55,294 bases of DNA from the IMG/VR virus record IMGVR_UViG_3300025658_000003, positions 1 through 55,294 of that record; one strand, written 5' to 3'. How positions within the stretch are numbered: position 1 is the first letter of the stretch; every line of letters starts with the position of its first letter. The notes under the pieces are model-generated. The model searched no databases and was not told where the DNA came from. It saw nothing but the letters and a program-made list of their open reading frames with translations. Positions 54,857 through 55,294 of this stretch are shown here, in pieces. The DNA comes from a virus. Lineage: Duplodnaviria > Caudoviricetes. The translations under genes were made by a program, and so were the position numbers.

Positions 54857-55294
54857 ATGAAAAATTTAATAAGATTTATCGTATTCTCTATTCTGTGCAC
54901 CAACGCATATGGACAATCCACAACTACAGTAAACTTACGTTCACTTAAAACTCACTATGGTGGAAGCCAATCAGGTCAGTACTATTCACAAAATGCTAAC
55001 AACCATACAGAATTTGATGCAATGGTTAATCTTGCTGATGGTGGTACTACACTTTATTTAGATACAACTGTAGATATAACAAGTTACGAAGGACCAAGAG
55101 GTGGTAATCATACTCCTCAACAACTATGGAATCCACCAAGATGGGGTGGAGCCGGTGCTGACAGATACGCAATTATCTATACAGGTTGGTTTAAACCTAA
55201 CAAAACAGGTACATACGGGTTCAGAACATTCACCGATGACTCACATGAGTTTATGATTAAAGGTATTGGTAAAACTAATGATATAGTTACTAAA
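54857..55294 (+). CDS. Secreted PA14-like domain protein (3' truncated; not in ORF track)
   Basis: Signal peptide MKNLIRFIVFSILCTNAYG|Q; YAIIYTGWFKPNKTGTYGFRTFTDD. Confidence 0.7.
   Translation, partial: MKNLIRFIVFSILCTNAYGQSTTTVNLRSLKTHYGGSQSGQYYSQNANNHTEFDAMVNLADGGTTLYLDTTVDITSYEGPRGGNHTPQQLWNPPRWGGAGADRYAIIYTGWFKPNKTGTYGFRTFTDDSHEFMIKGIGKTNDIVTK

Noticed and set aside
1-55294. Stop-codon reassignment, tRNA genes, or a diversity-generating retroelement
   Set aside because: TAA, TAG and TGA all end genes normally and coding density is high; no cloverleaf, reverse transcriptase or TR/VR pair was seen by eye.

Overview
AT-rich segment of a large T4-like (contractile-tailed) dsDNA phage genome, with every credible gene on the + strand and standard stop-codon use. 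The host is most likely Bacteroidota (inferred): there are 11 copies of a TT(T/A)G-N20-TATATTnn promoter resembling the Bacteroidota -33/-7 consensus, an Hc1-like protein, and a signal peptide followed by Gln. Gene order: tail fibre end and neck/sheath/tube/chaperone/tape-measure/baseplate module (1-17.7 kb); PolA-like gene, SSB, UvsX, 5'-3' exonuclease, helicase, RNR, thioredoxin (18-30.5 kb); putative DNA-modification block of two Mom-like paralogues, a DUF262+HNH-like protein and a glycosyltransferase, next to PolB, clamp, a DruA-like protein and clamp loader (30.5-42.7 kb); a glycosyltransferase/epimerase cluster (44.6-53.4 kb); endolysin and a secreted PA14-like protein. Main signals outside the ORF track: two tandem H-type RNA pseudoknots with compensatory changes in the leader of the DUF262-HNH gene; a preQ1-I-riboswitch-like pseudoknot with U at the specificity position upstream of SSB; a +1/-2 frameshift site in the tail chaperone gene; a 31-aa metallothionein-like ORF; an Hc1 and SET-domain pair; and several repeated regulatory elements. 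All protein calls come from motif recognition by eye, not database searches.
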